This document shows positions 1 through 13,926 of a DNA stretch of 64,000 nucleotides, in pieces. The stretch's first letter is position 1. Every line of letters starts with the position of its first letter. Position numbers and translations under genes: made by a program. The DNA comes from Octopus vulgaris. Lineage: Eukaryota. The stretch spans positions 98,704,001 to 98,768,000 of the forward strand of contig OX597824.1 in the NCBI GenBank assembly GCA_951406725.2, given 5' to 3'. The notes below the pieces were generated by a model. It was not told the origin of the DNA. It made no database searches and saw only the letters and a list, made by a program, of their open reading frames with translations.

Positions 1-187
1 GTGTGTGAGGAATTAGGATTGATTGCCGGATGTAAATATTAAGACCAGCCGGAAGTCTAAAATATTCTGTTCTATAAAAAGCCTCTGGGACACAAGTTAC
101 TCCTTAATTGACGTCCCTTCTGACGATTATTGTCTGACCAGAAACTGAAATAACGGAAAAATAACCAATCTAACGTGTGTGTCTGTG

Positions 188-225
<38 letters not shown>

Positions 226-464
226 CACAGACACACAGACATACACACGCACACGCACATACACACGCACACGCACACACACACACAGATTACAGTATAT
301 CAATGTTTTTATATTAAAGCAAACGCAGCTTTGCATTAAGCTGAAGGATAACTCAATACATTTGGTAGAGTACAAAATTGTTCACTGCCATTACTATCCT
401 TGTTAGAGAATATGTGTGTGTGTGTGTATATACATATTTATACATGTAAATATTTATGTGTGTG

Positions 465-533
<69 letters not shown>

Positions 534-589
534 ATGTATGTATGTATGTATGTATGTATGTATGTATGTATGTATGTAGATACATATAA

Positions 590-659
<70 letters not shown>

Positions 660-734
660 ATGTATGTATGTATGTATGTATATATGTATGTATGTAGATA
701 CATATAAATATAAATATATATATATATATATTGG

Positions 735-925
735 CAGACTTCTGTTTTACTGATTTTATCTGGTTCCTCAAACTCCCCCTGTTATGCTCCAAAATCTTCA
801 TCGTGGCCCTCATTAGAAACCACGTGATCTATGCTCCTACGATACCTTCCAACCATTGTGTTCTGGTTCTATTCTTGTTTATATTTTCCCTGAGTCTTTT
901 GCCTGGACTCTTCTCCACCGAGACT
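735..925 (-). mobile_element. Possible RTE-like LINE 3' fragment
   Basis: GKRLRE..RTRTQWLEGI resembles the RTE C-terminal GRPRxRWLDxI motif. Confidence 0.3.
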
Positions 926-928
926 TAA

Positions 929-1039
<111 letters not shown>

Positions 1040-1743
1040 TCTCTCTCTCTCTGTCTCTCTCTCTCCACTCTTTCCCCTTCCTAGTTGAAACAATCTGTAA
1101 TACTCCAGAATTGAACTTTATCAATATGCTCTACATCATACGAAGCATTGAGCACTTTTATTGAATGCAGTCTTCAAAAATCTTCGGTAATCTTGGGTGA
1201 TTTTTTAAAATTTTTAACGCAGAATTGCACAGCCACAAACAAAATACATTCACATGCGTGCATACATATATATACATACATACGTATATACATACATACA
1301 TACTTACATACATACATAAATATATATATCGTGTGTGTGTGCCTATACACGTGCATGCAGCCTGCTTTTATGGAAACTATCTGCTGTGCACATACATGTC
1401 ATTGCAGCACACACACACACACACACACACGTCTAACTGTAAAGCATAAGAAAAATGAACGAATAATAAAGGGTTTGATGATGACAGGTCTCCACTCTAT
1501 GTTCTACATGTTACAGTTAATTAACTTATTGATAGCTTTACCTAATTAACTTACTTGTTTCTCGCTTACTTCCCGCCGCCTGCAGCACCAACACCAACCC
1601 CGCCTCTCCATTCAACTCATCTAGAATTTCTAAATGCTCCATAATTTGTGAATACACACTGTTAAATTACACGGCACGATGCTGTCCCTTCATTTTTTTC
1701 TGTCTTTTCTTACTCTCTCCTCCTCCCACCCTCTTTCTCTCTG

Positions 1744-1988
<245 letters not shown>

Positions 1989-2443
1989 CATGCATACACA
2001 CCTACATATGCAGCACATGCATTCACTCACATATCTTAGAAGGAGAGAAAGAACAGTAAATCAGAAAATGTGATCCGAGATATTTGCGTTTTATTTAAGC
2101 TGCTGTAGAAAGGTCAGTGGTGAATAGAAGAAACGGAGACCAGTGGTGAGCAATGTTAGAAAAAACACAAGCGTTTCTGGACGGTCGAAATGTTGCCGTC
2201 TCTCTTTCACACAGAAATCCTACATCATCTGCCATCTTACACCATTCTTAAAGAGCGACATGAAACCATTTCCAAATTCTTCCTTAAGGATTTTCTGATG
2301 TCTTCTCATGTGACAACAGACAATGTATGCCACTTGCACTATCAATTTCTTCAAAATTTACTGCTGCTGTGTACGATTGACCGAAAGAACAATTGAACGA
2401 AATCAAGGAACGTAATCTTTACTTATCTCTCATATCGCAACTC

Positions 2444-2700
2444 CTATAACACTCTAGGAGTACCAAACTGGGTTTGATATTTTGCAAATCCCTGGTGCTC
2501 CCGTTTCCCGACTTCGTCGTGAACAGCAATTGATCTGCCGCATAAGATATATATGTCTCTAATGGTATCAACAACCATCATGTCCTCCCCTAACATACGC
2601 ATGCGTGTGTACACACACGCTTCACACATATATACTATCAACCGTTTTCTATCCATACTCTCCATATATTGTATACACATACACACACGATACACTCCTT
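2444..2700 (-). mobile_element. Degraded RTE-like LINE RT fragment
   Basis: GEDMMVVDTIRD...EVGKREHQGFAKYQ resembles RTE GExLEVVDxFxYLG...WAKFREL. Confidence 0.35.
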
Positions 2701-2869
2701 TCTTCTGAACTTGTAAAAATGCTTCACTCATCCGACACATTTACACAGCAAATTGCAAACAGAATGTCTTACAGTATTTAGTTCAACTACGTATGTTCTA
2801 AGTTCAAATCCTATCAATTTCACTTTTGCTTTTCTTTTTTTTTTTTCTTTGCGTTTGATTTTAAAAAGC

Positions 2870-3400
2870 AGCCTATGGCACCATGCTATTTGTTCTTTTC
2901 AGCTATCTAATTCTTTCCTGATTATTCTGGCCGTGCCAAAGAGGCAAACCTTTTGCAAAAACTCTTCTGAGCACTCTATTCCAATGTCCTTTTATGTTTC
3001 CTTTGACGCCGTCTGATACTGACTCAACAAGAATTGGCTCTATCCTCACCTTCTTCATTTTTCGTAGTCGGGCTTTCGTGTACTTATGAGGAGTGTCTAT
3101 ATTTTAGCCTTCGTTCTTGACTATTCGTGGATCAAGGGGGCACGCAACATCAATTATATAGCATATGTGGTTCACCTTGTCCACCACCACCAGCTCCGGT
3201 TTGTTATGTTTGGATTGGGAAATCCCACAGGATTTTGCAGCTCCCCGTCTCCGCCAATCCCTGCGGTTTGTGTTCATACCACGCCTCTCTCGGGACCCCA
3301 CTTTTCACATAGTTCCCAATGTAGCACTTTCGCTATCACATCATGTCGCCACAACCTATAATGATTTTGGCCAAGTCAAGGGCATTCGGTCACTATAAGG
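2870..3400 (-). mobile_element. RLE-type (R4/Dong-like) LINE 3' fragment
   Basis: HNKPELVVVDKVNHICYIIDVACPLDPRIVKNE matches the PD-x-IDV-x-KE restriction-like endonuclease motif. Confidence 0.7.
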
Positions 3401-3419
3401 CCAATGGTTTTGTTCCCTC

Positions 3420-3698
3420 TCTTACAGATTCGGCTCAGTGGAGACACTTGTGGTGGGGTTCCTCGATTATCCCTCGATCTCCTCCTGTATCAGGAGAACT
3501 ACATCACTAGTATCAAAATCCACTCCTTTCCCCTTTCTACTCCATCTATATTTCCCTTCCTTTTCATTGCATTCTGTCCATACTTACCTCCCTTTTTTTT
3601 ATTTACTTATTTTATCATTTCATTATATGTAAACCTCCGCACTTTGTGTCTGCCTTTGTATTTTCCTCCTCATCCTTTGCCCTTGTGGCAAATAGATG

Positions 3699-3700
<2 letters not shown>
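3420..3700 (+). mobile_element. 3' UTR fragment of the 46-kb Tx1-like subfamily, ending in (ATC)n
   Basis: Shares tggggttcctcgattatccct...cctgtatcaggag and gcccttgtggcaaata with 46710-46950. Confidence 0.7.
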
Positions 3701-3747
<47 letters not shown>

Positions 3748-3769
3748 TATTATTATTATTATTATTGTT

Positions 3770-4142
3770 ATTCAGTAGCCTTGTCTTTATCACTTGTTTT
3801 CACTGCACCATTGAGTGCAGCTCTGTGTGCCTTGGCTATGTGCTGTGGTTTGTTTTAGTATTGTTATTTTTTTTTTTTTTACTTTATGGAAAGTGGTTTG
3901 CGTAGGATATGTGCGGTGCCCAGAAGTGTTATTTTCTCTATGTTATATAGACTTGTAAATTCTGATGTTTTGGATATGGATTTATCTGAATGTTTTTTAC
4001 CATATCTCATGCACCGATTATTATAAAGATTGTTTCTGTTTTTAGCTTCCATATTCTTATCTCTATTCCTATATCATTGTATTTCGCGAGTTTCTCCGTT
4101 TCTTTTAACGATACATTGTCATCTGTTGAGATTGATACGTCG
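3770..4142 (-). mobile_element. RLE-type LINE 3' fragment flanked by (TAA)n
   Basis: IDVSISTDDNVSLKETEKLAKYNDIGIEIRIWKLKTETIFIIIGA. Confidence 0.7.
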
Positions 4143-4191
<49 letters not shown>

Positions 4192-4339
4192 GTTTTTCTT
4201 TCAATTTTGTTTCCATTTCTTGCCGAGTGTCTTCCCGACACCGAGAGGAAAGAACTCTCTTTATACATTGATTGGCCTTAAACTACACACACCGAATTGT
4301 TCATCTTCAAATTAAAACCAAGTTATGTGATAATATCGT

Positions 4340-4404
<65 letters not shown>

Positions 4405-4596
4405 AATGTCTACTTGGCCATATCTAGGAGCGGCTTCGCTAAGTGTTTCCTTAAGACATTTCGTTCATGAAGATATTTTCCCACTTAAATTAAAGCTGAT
4501 ACACAACACTTCAACAAAATTCTAATTCTATTTGCTTTACGTTAAATTCATCAGGCAGAAAATTATCTTCCAGCTTCCATCACTTTTATTATGAGC

Positions 4597-4667
<71 letters not shown>

Positions 4668-4700
4668 CATATCCTCTTCATCTCCTTCATATCTTCGTCG

Positions 4701-4733
<33 letters not shown>

Positions 4734-4966
4734 GCCTCCTCATCACAATGGCCGACGTAAAACGACTTCGAACACTTTATTGATAATTCATTTTTTTAAA
4801 ATTTTTATTCTATTTTGTTTCTTAATTAAAATTTTATTTCTATAATTATTGTCACAATTTATTTCATATTTCCTGCTTCCTATACAAACACACATATACA
4901 TATACACGTATACATATATGTGTGTGTGTGTGTGTGTGTGTGTTTGTGTGCATGTGTGTGAGTATG

Positions 4967-5033
<67 letters not shown>

Positions 5034-5187
5034 ATGTATATATATATATACATATGTAAATATATGCATATATACATACATACATACATACATACACACA
5101 CATATATGTATATATACATGCATATATGAATACAGGACATCAAAAAACGTTGAACACAATGAGAAACGAAAACATAAACACAAAATG

Positions 5188-5294
<107 letters not shown>

Positions 5295-5311
5295 TATACT
5301 ATACATATAGT

Positions 5312-5357
<46 letters not shown>

Positions 5358-5804
5358 CGCGTGTGTGTATGTGCGTGTGTGTACTATAGGAAGGGCAGAA
5401 TCTCACTTCAGAACTACGCTCCACTGACCACACAAAATCACAGAACATTACTCAACATGAAAAATCTGTTTTCGCTCTATTTTCTTTGATTTTTTACTTT
5501 TACAGTAAATTCTTTGAACGATTCTTTCAGTCGGTTGGTTGTGGCAGTTTACATCTCCCAGTCGCAGAATGTTTTTTTTTCCCCATTCTAGCAATGAAAA
5601 CATCAATATCCGGGTAGTTGATGATCGAAAAAGTAATTATGCAAAGTAATCGCAACAAAGTGAAACAATCAAAGTTCGTAGATAATAAGAACGATGCATT
5701 CGGGGGGGGAGTGCCTGGCGTTTAAAGTCAATTGTTGAAAAAAACAGACATGTTTCGATGTTATCAGACCTCATTAGGGGAACCTATTCTACTCAGTTCT
5801 GTTA

Positions 5805-6228
5805 TATTTTACTTGTTTAAGTCACTGGACTGCGGCCATACTGGGGCGCCGCCTTGAAGAATTCAAGTCGAATGAAGTGACCCAGGACTTAATGTTTTGT
5901 TAAGCCTAATGCCTACTTTTGTCGAACCTCTAGATTACGAGAACGTAAACACACTAACATCGATTGTCAAACGATGGAAGGGGACCGAGACATGAAGTCT
6001 CTCACACACACACACACTCATACACACGCACACACACACACACATACACACACGCACACACACAGACATACATATATATGTATGTATATATATACGAGAG
6101 GTTTCTTTCAGTTTCCGTCTACCAAATCCACTCACAAGGCTTTGGGCGGCCCGAGGCTATAATAGAAGACACTTGGCCAAGGTGTCACGCAGTGGGACTG
6201 AACCCGGAACCTTGTGGTTGGGAAGCAA
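5805..6228 (-). mobile_element. tRNA-derived SINE, family A
   Basis: Reverse complement of the 44168-44555 element. Confidence 0.8.
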
Positions 6229-7591
6229 ATGACAAAACGTTCGATTAATCGGTATTTATATTAAAACAGACGGAGAACAGTGTTGTTTATTGCGAATATC
6301 TACAAATATAGTTGGGGGAGAAAACAATAGAAACGCATCATGTCAGACTAATATCTTCGGGTAAGTTTTTATTATGAGAGGAGAGCGGCGGCAGTCGTGC
6401 GGAGAGAATGCCTTGCTTCATTATAATTTATAAGTTATTCATATTCTTAAATGATGAAAATAAAGTAAATATCCTGCAATAAAAATGGGAAAGTGCAGTT
6501 ATTAAAGGTCTGGCTATTGCAGGGTCGATTACGGGTGGATGGAATTGGATATGTGTCGGAGGTTACTCATAACCATTTCACTTGATATTCCACTCTTCAT
6601 CCTTCTGTTGTTCTCTCCACCCACATTTTACATCGATCACATCTCCACGCCGCCAAACTGTCTTTCTTTCTCTCCCTCTCTCCACACGCTATGCCTGCCT
6701 CCTTCTACCCATCACACCCTGGCAATCTACCCAACCAAACGTCATCTCACTCTCGTCCGTTTCCTGTCAACACACCCATGCATCATTGCACACTCCCGAC
6801 CCCTGATCCATAATTCACTACATCCACCCCTCAACACTTCATGCCCCTCCTCACCTCATCCATGTTCCATCCCTTATTTTCCCCTACACTCTTGCCTCTC
6901 CCACCCATCCATACTTACTTCCTCTTTCCCCTCTCACTTCTACTCACCTCATACGTTGAAGATCCACCCAGTCCCCTCGTCACCTCAATTTTAATCTCTT
7001 CCCACCTCCAACCTGATCCCTCTCACCCTATCTTCTAAAATGTAGCACATCTACAGCAAAAAATCTCTTCTGTCCTGGTCCTTTCATTAAACCCCTCATC
7101 TCCTTTCAGGGTTTCTAGTCTTGCAAGGTGCATGATGACCTTACAAGAGTGGTTGGCATGAGAAACCCACTCAATATACACAGTAAAATGGTTGGCATCA
7201 GGAAGGGAGTCACATTGTAGAAACAATGCTAATGCAGACATTAGAGTACAACGCAGGCCTTGCACCCATCAGATCCCAGAAAAACTGTCCAACCCATGCC
7301 AGCCCAGAACATTAAAGTATTGTGATGATGATGATGAGGAGGAGGAGGAGGAAGAAGAGGAACATCTGTGCATGTATGTGCGTTTATGTAGATATATAAA
7401 TGTATATATATATACACACACACACACATACACTCGCATACACACAGCAGAACACTCGTGTCGTCACCCTTGACTCCATCTATCATTAAGTGACAGATTT
7501 TTGCAGAAATAATTAATTCTCTAATTATTTATTCATGCCCTTCCTGCTGCTGATTATGTATCAGTTATTTGTATGGTTTTATTTATTTATT

Positions 7592-7598
<7 letters not shown>

Positions 7599-7632
<34 letters not shown>

Positions 7633-7639
7633 GATTATG

Positions 7640-7689
<50 letters not shown>

Positions 7690-7690
7690 G

Positions 7691-7737
<47 letters not shown>

Positions 7738-7744
7738 GATTATG

Positions 7745-7794
<50 letters not shown>

Positions 7795-7801
7795 GATTAT
7801 G

Positions 7802-7851
<50 letters not shown>

Positions 7852-7871
7852 GATTATTATTATTATTATTA

Positions 7872-7965
<94 letters not shown>
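7599..7965. repeat. (TTA)n / (TGA) compound microsatellite
   Basis: Directly visible. Confidence 0.95.
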
Positions 7966-7966
<1 letters not shown>

Positions 7967-8303
7967 CCATTCGGTTGCGTCTTCCTCGCCTTGTTTCTGC
8001 AGTTTCTAAAAATGAAAAAAAAAAAAACAAGAAAATGGCGTTTCCAAACAGTTCAAGGGATTTTACTCTCTTTGTATGTTTTCGTGTTAACATTTTCTGT
8101 CATCATGGAGGCAGTGAGCTGACACATTCAGTGTCAGCACGCCGGGGAAAAATTCTTGCCGACATTTCGTCCAACTTTAATCTCTCAAATTCCGCCGCGG
8201 GATCGATAAAATAAGTACCAGTTAAACACTAGGGTCGGTGTAACCAACTTAACCCCTTGCCTCGAAATTGTTAGCTTTACTCCAAAATTTGAAACCATTA
8301 TTA

Positions 8304-8365
<62 letters not shown>

Positions 8366-8988
8366 AGTATCGCAGCAAGCTAGCAGGTTCTTTATGGTCT
8401 GGGCAAAATGCCCAGCGGCATTTCGTCCGTCTTTCCGTTCTAAGTTCAAATTCTACCGTGGTCGACTTTGCTTTCGGGATCGATAAAATAAGTACCAGTT
8501 GAGCGCTGGCATTGATGTCATTGACCAGCTCCCTTCTTTAAGATTTAAGGCCTTGTTATTACTACCAGACTGTTATTCGTGTCAAATGATGGGAAACGTT
8601 GGAAACACACTTCTGTCAGCATGGATAATTTGATAAAAAAAAATTATAATTATTCTATGTGCGCCATATTTCTTGATATTATTCGTCGGTGGCCAAAGAG
8701 TGTTAATATTACCGTTAGTAAGTGTTGTGATCCATTCATTTGGAATAGTTTGCAATAAATTCTTAAGCTGACCAATGTCCTGGGGACTAATGCCAAAAAA
8801 TATATTTATTCTGCTAAACGACCAGCTTACTTGAAAAGCATCTACGAAAAATATTCATTACAATGAATATTAACCATTACAGATACAGATAAGGAAATAA
8901 ATTCTCAAACGCAGAAATGCTGGTAGAAGAGCAGAAAGAAGAATAAAGGATCCATACAAATCGGGAAAAGTGCTTGACTTTTTATGTT

Positions 8989-9078
<90 letters not shown>

Positions 9079-9089
9079 CTCTCTCTCTT

Positions 9090-9138
<49 letters not shown>

Positions 9139-9220
9139 ATATATAAATAAATATACACATACACACGTACACATAAATGAAATACATGTATACATACATA
9201 CATGTGCACTCATACACATA

Positions 9221-9295
<75 letters not shown>

Positions 9296-9602
9296 CGTTA
9301 GATTTGTATTCCTTTATTCCTTTCACGTTCATTCTTTTATTCGTTTCTTCTGCTTTGAATCAATCTTTTCGCTGCAAATAGTTTTTCCCCCTCATCAATG
9401 TTCAACAGAACTCTACCGTCCACCACATAAGACATAGTCTGTATTTGCGTGTTTGTGTGTGTGTGTGTGTGTGTGTGTGCGTATGTGTGTGTACGTATGT
9501 GTGTGTACGTATGTGTGTGTACATATGTGTACGTATGTGTGTGTGCATGTGTGCGGGTGTGTGAGCGTGTGTGTGCAAGTATGTGTATGTATGCGTGTGT
9601 GA

Positions 9603-9660
<58 letters not shown>

Positions 9661-9689
9661 CAACCAATCGAATCGCTAATTAAAATGTT

Positions 9690-9900
9690 ACTCACCGATG
9701 GTTGTTTTCCTTCCTAAAATAATTTTATTCAATTGTACATAAACGTGTTTTTTCTTTTTTTTTTCTTTTTTGCTACAATTGTCTGTTCCGAGCAGTCTTG
9801 TATTTAAGCCACGTGACTGCTAGACACGGGTGGCGGCGGCGGCGGCGGGGCGGATCTAAATTATTATGAGATATAATTAGCGACTGAGACCCTTCTCTGG
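9690..9900. promoter_or_regulatory. Putative GC-box promoter region
   Basis: (GGC)n-GGGGCGGA at 9829-9854, CACGTG at 9810, TATA-like tatttaag at 9801, and a strong minus-strand donor ATCG|gtgagt at 9696. Confidence 0.3.
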
Positions 9901-10221
9901 CAGAAGACAATATTTGGAATCCAGATCACATCTAACTTCCCTTACGTTTCGCAACCGAAATTTACACTTTCCATCAATTCTTTCGTTGAAGAGGTTTGCG
10001 CCGTCGGCCCACGGTCGATGTCTGTTTTATCTTTTACTTGTTTCAGTCACTGGACTGAATCGATCTCAGTACCTTTTTTTTTTTTAAGCCTGGTGCTTAT
10101 TCTATCAGTCCATTTTACCGAACCGCTAAGTTACGGCCACGCAAACACTCCAACACCGATTGTCAAACGGTGGTGGGGGCGTAACAAGCACATACACAAT
10201 GAGACACACACACACACACAC

Positions 10222-10283
<62 letters not shown>

Positions 10284-10388
10284 GGATGAGATAGATAGAT
10301 AGATAGATAGACAAATAGATAGATATAGATGAATAGATAGATTGATAGATAGGTAAGTAGGTAGACAGATGATTAGATAGATGGATGA

Positions 10389-10446
<58 letters not shown>

Positions 10447-10479
10447 GGATAGATGGATAGATAGATAGATAGATAGATA

Positions 10480-11320
10480 TGTTTCTTTATTAGCCACACA
10501 GGGCTGCACACAGATAGAACAAATTACAAGGTAGAGCTTTTCTTTTGAAGGTTTAAAAAAAAAAAAAAAAAAAGGAAGGGGGAGTTTCGATCAAAAGGGA
10601 TCGTAAAAGGAGAGAAAGAGGACAAAAAAAGGGGGTTAAAAAAAGGGGGAGAGGAAAAAAAATTGATCAATAGGGATCGTTATCACAGAAATGTCAATAT
10701 GAAGTGTAAAGGGGAGGACAGGTGAGGTTTACCCGTGGAAAGAAAAGCCTACGGAAAAGACCACGGTAACCTCGGTCAATGAAGTCACATTTTATATTTC
10801 TTTTTTTTTTTTTTGCAAATAAGCAACTCTCTGTTTTCGATTTCTGGGTTCATAGGACTATGCTCAAGGTGGCTTCGTCATTCATACGTGCCATTCTTGC
10901 TACATTCACCCATCTTTTTTTAAAACATTCGCTAGACAAAACTTGCCTCTCTACTCTCACTTTCCTTTTCAAGTGGTACTTGAAGAAGTTGATGAGTGAT
11001 TGACCAGAGAGGAAAGTGTTTGTCTCCAATCCTTTCAGACGCGTCCACCAGATACATTCTTTCGCCATAGCCACAAGGATGATGAAAATAGCTCTTCCTT
11101 CCCGTTTGAAGGAAGGAGGCGTGACAATATTGACGATAGACTCAGCTGATAAACCGACTCGTCCCACACGTGACAGCAGTTGTTCGACATAAGCCCACAG
11201 GTCGGAAATTGTTGGACACTGAACGAGTGCGTGCAGAACGGTTTCGTCGCTCTGACCGCATCTCGGGCAGGTCGGCCCCGTGTTTCTCGAGCCGTGTCTG
11301 TAGAGCTTATCCCGAACGGG
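10480..11320 (-). mobile_element. 5'-truncated Tx1/L1-clade LINE in (GATA)n, copy 1
   Basis: ORF2 C-terminus with zf-RVT-like PVRDKLYRHG..TCPRCGQSDETVLHALVQCP, open to the stop at 10850. 3' UTR ends gctaataaagaaaca-(tatc)n. Confidence 0.85.
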
Positions 11321-11576
<256 letters not shown>

Positions 11577-12844
11577 TGTTTCTTTATTAGCCACACAGGG
11601 CTGCACACAGATAGAACAAATTACAAGGTAGAGCTTTTCTATTGAAGGTAAATAAAAAAAGGGGGGGTGTTCGATCAAAAGGGATCGTAAAAGGAGAGAA
11701 AGAGGATAAAAAAAAGGGGGGTTAAAAAAAGGGGGAGAGGAAAAAAAATTGATCAATAGGAATCGTTATCACAGAAATGTCAATATGAAGTGTAAAGGGG
11801 AGGACAGGTGAGGTTTACCCGTGAAAAGAAAAGCCTACGGAAAAGACCACGGTAACCTTGGTCAATGAAGTCACATGTTATATTTCTTTCTTTTATTTTT
11901 TTTTTTTTGCAAATAAGCAACTCTCTGTATTAATTTTTATAGTTCATAGAATCATAGTCAAGGTGGCTTCGTCATTCATACGTGCCATCCTTGCTACATT
12001 CACCCATCTTTTTTTAAAACATTCACTAGACAAAACTTGCCTCTCTACTCTCACTTTCCTCCTCAAGTGATACTTGAAGAAGTTGATGAGAGATTGACCA
12101 GAGAGGAAAGTGTTTGTCTCTAATCCTTTCAGGCGCGTTCACCAGATACATTCTTTCGCCATAGCCACAAGTATGATAAAAATAGCTCTTCCTTCCCGTT
12201 TGAAGGAAGGAGGCGTGACGATATTAACGATAGACTCGGCTGATAAACCGACACGTCCCACACGTGACAGCAGTCGTTCGACATAAGCCCACAGGTGGGA
12301 AATTGCTGGACACTGCACGATTGCGTGCAGAGCGGTTTCGTCGCTCTGCCCGCATCTCGGGCAGGTCGGCCCCGTGTTTCTCGAGCCATGCCTATAGAGC
12401 TTATCCCGAACGGGTAGCGCTTCTCGGTAGCACCGCCAGGCCAGGGATCTCTGGAAGTTGTCCATAGGTCCCGGGCCGAAAGTCGTTTGAAACAGGCGGG
12501 TCAGGTATTCCTCGTCGACGCCCAGGTTTGCCCCGAGCTCGTCGTCGTACCTCCCCTCCACTAATCCCCTATAGAATGCTTTGGTTGTGTTGAAGTCACT
12601 CAAGGTCGACCCGGGACGGCAGAGTTGCTTGAGAGCAACGCGACACTCGCGGTGCCATTCGCCCTTCCTCGGCCTCTTTTTGATCCACGACTGTAGTTCG
12701 GTCATGGAGACAAGTTGCGGGAATGCGTGCCTCACAAACGGCGACCACACCTGTTCACCGTCGTCTACATAGAGCCGGAGATGTCGCAGTCTCAGCGCGT
12801 GTCTGCGCATCATCAACCACGGCATGCCCAGCCCTCCTTTTAAC
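11577..12844 (-). mobile_element. 5'-truncated Tx1/L1-clade LINE in (GATA)n, copy 2
   Basis: GGLGMP motif through the zinc finger; TGG>TGA nonsense change near 12139; same 3' junction as copy 1. Confidence 0.85.
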
Positions 12845-12941
12845 GATAGATAGATAGACAGATAGATAGATAGACATAGATATGGCAAACGAAAGACGGA
12901 AGATGGAATAGATGAGTTGTAAACCATTCGTTTTATTATCC

Positions 12942-13072
<131 letters not shown>

Positions 13073-13092
13073 ATATATATATATATGTATAA

Positions 13093-13131
<39 letters not shown>

Positions 13132-13547
13132 CATAATCAAATGACTGAAGCAAATAAAGAAAAGTATAAAAGAATACGCATGACGGGCTTCTTTCAGTTT
13201 CCGTCTCCCAATTCCACTCGTAAAGCTTTGATCGGTCAAAGGTTATAGTGGAAGACAATTGCCGAAAGTGCCGCGCAATGGAACCAAATCCAGAACCTTG
13301 GGTTTGGGAAGCCAGCTTCTTACCACGCCTGAACATTTGTTGATCACTTTTGATGAAAATTATTTCGCTAAATTTAATTATGGTCTACCTTATGAAATAT
13401 GATTGTCTTCTTATTGAGTGTGTTGTTGTTGTTGTTGTTGTTTCTGCTATTGTTTTTGAAAATCGTTTATAAAGTTTCTTAAAGTCGATTATTTTTATTT
13501 TCTGCTATTTTGCAGCAATATGCCACAAGGAGAAAAAAGAAGACAAA

Positions 13548-13926
13548 ATGCAGTTGGTAACAGCTCCAGCAATCTGTCGGAGCTCAAAAGTACAGGCACC
13601 GTTCGTTGTTCCTCAGATTTTCGTCGACTATGGCAGTCGGAGAACTTCGTACACTTCCGAGGCTGATCGACGGATCTCACTAAGCAGCAACAGCAGCCGA
13701 CGGACTTCGTTTGCTTCCGAAAGCGATCGGCGGGGTTCAGGCAGCAGCTTTTGTAGTCGGCGGACATCTTTAGCATCAGATACAGACCGCAGGGGTTCAG
13801 CTAGCAGTTATTACAGTCGGAGAACATCCCTGGCTTCAGAATCAGATCGAAGAGGATCGGCGAGCAGTCGCAGTAGTAAGAGAGATTCCGATATCAGAAG
13901 TGATGATATAGAGCAAGTGTTTTACG
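13548..13926 (+). CDS. Synaptotagmin-like tandem-C2 gene, first identified coding exon (exon 13516-13926; N-terminal linker with RRxS repeats)
   Basis: Acceptor ctattttgcag|13516, aaaATG at 13548, donor TACG|gtaagt at 13926 (phase 1). Encodes MQLVTAPAICRSSKVQAPFVVPQIFVDYGSRRTS...EQVFY. Phase matches exon 44661. The frame is open back to 13516, so an upstream coding exon is possible. Linkage across the 30.7-kb intron is inferred. Confidence 0.7.
13632..13889 (+). repeat. Coding 60-bp tandem repeat (about 4.3 units)
   Basis: Units start at 13632, 13692, 13752, 13812 and 13872 and encode xSRRTSxxSExDRRxSxSSx. Confidence 0.9.

Noticed and set aside
456-730. Duplicated compound microsatellite block
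   Set aside because: Ordinary slippage or an assembly duplication.
6539-7038. 151-aa Pro/Ser/His-rich ORF
   Set aside because: Low-complexity CT-rich sequence with no domain or splice support.
8003-8073. Candidate upstream exon MAFPNSSRDFTLF (ttctgcag...|gtatgt)
   Set aside because: It ends in phase 0, incompatible with the phase-1 frame at 13516. At most a UTR exon, and unsupported.
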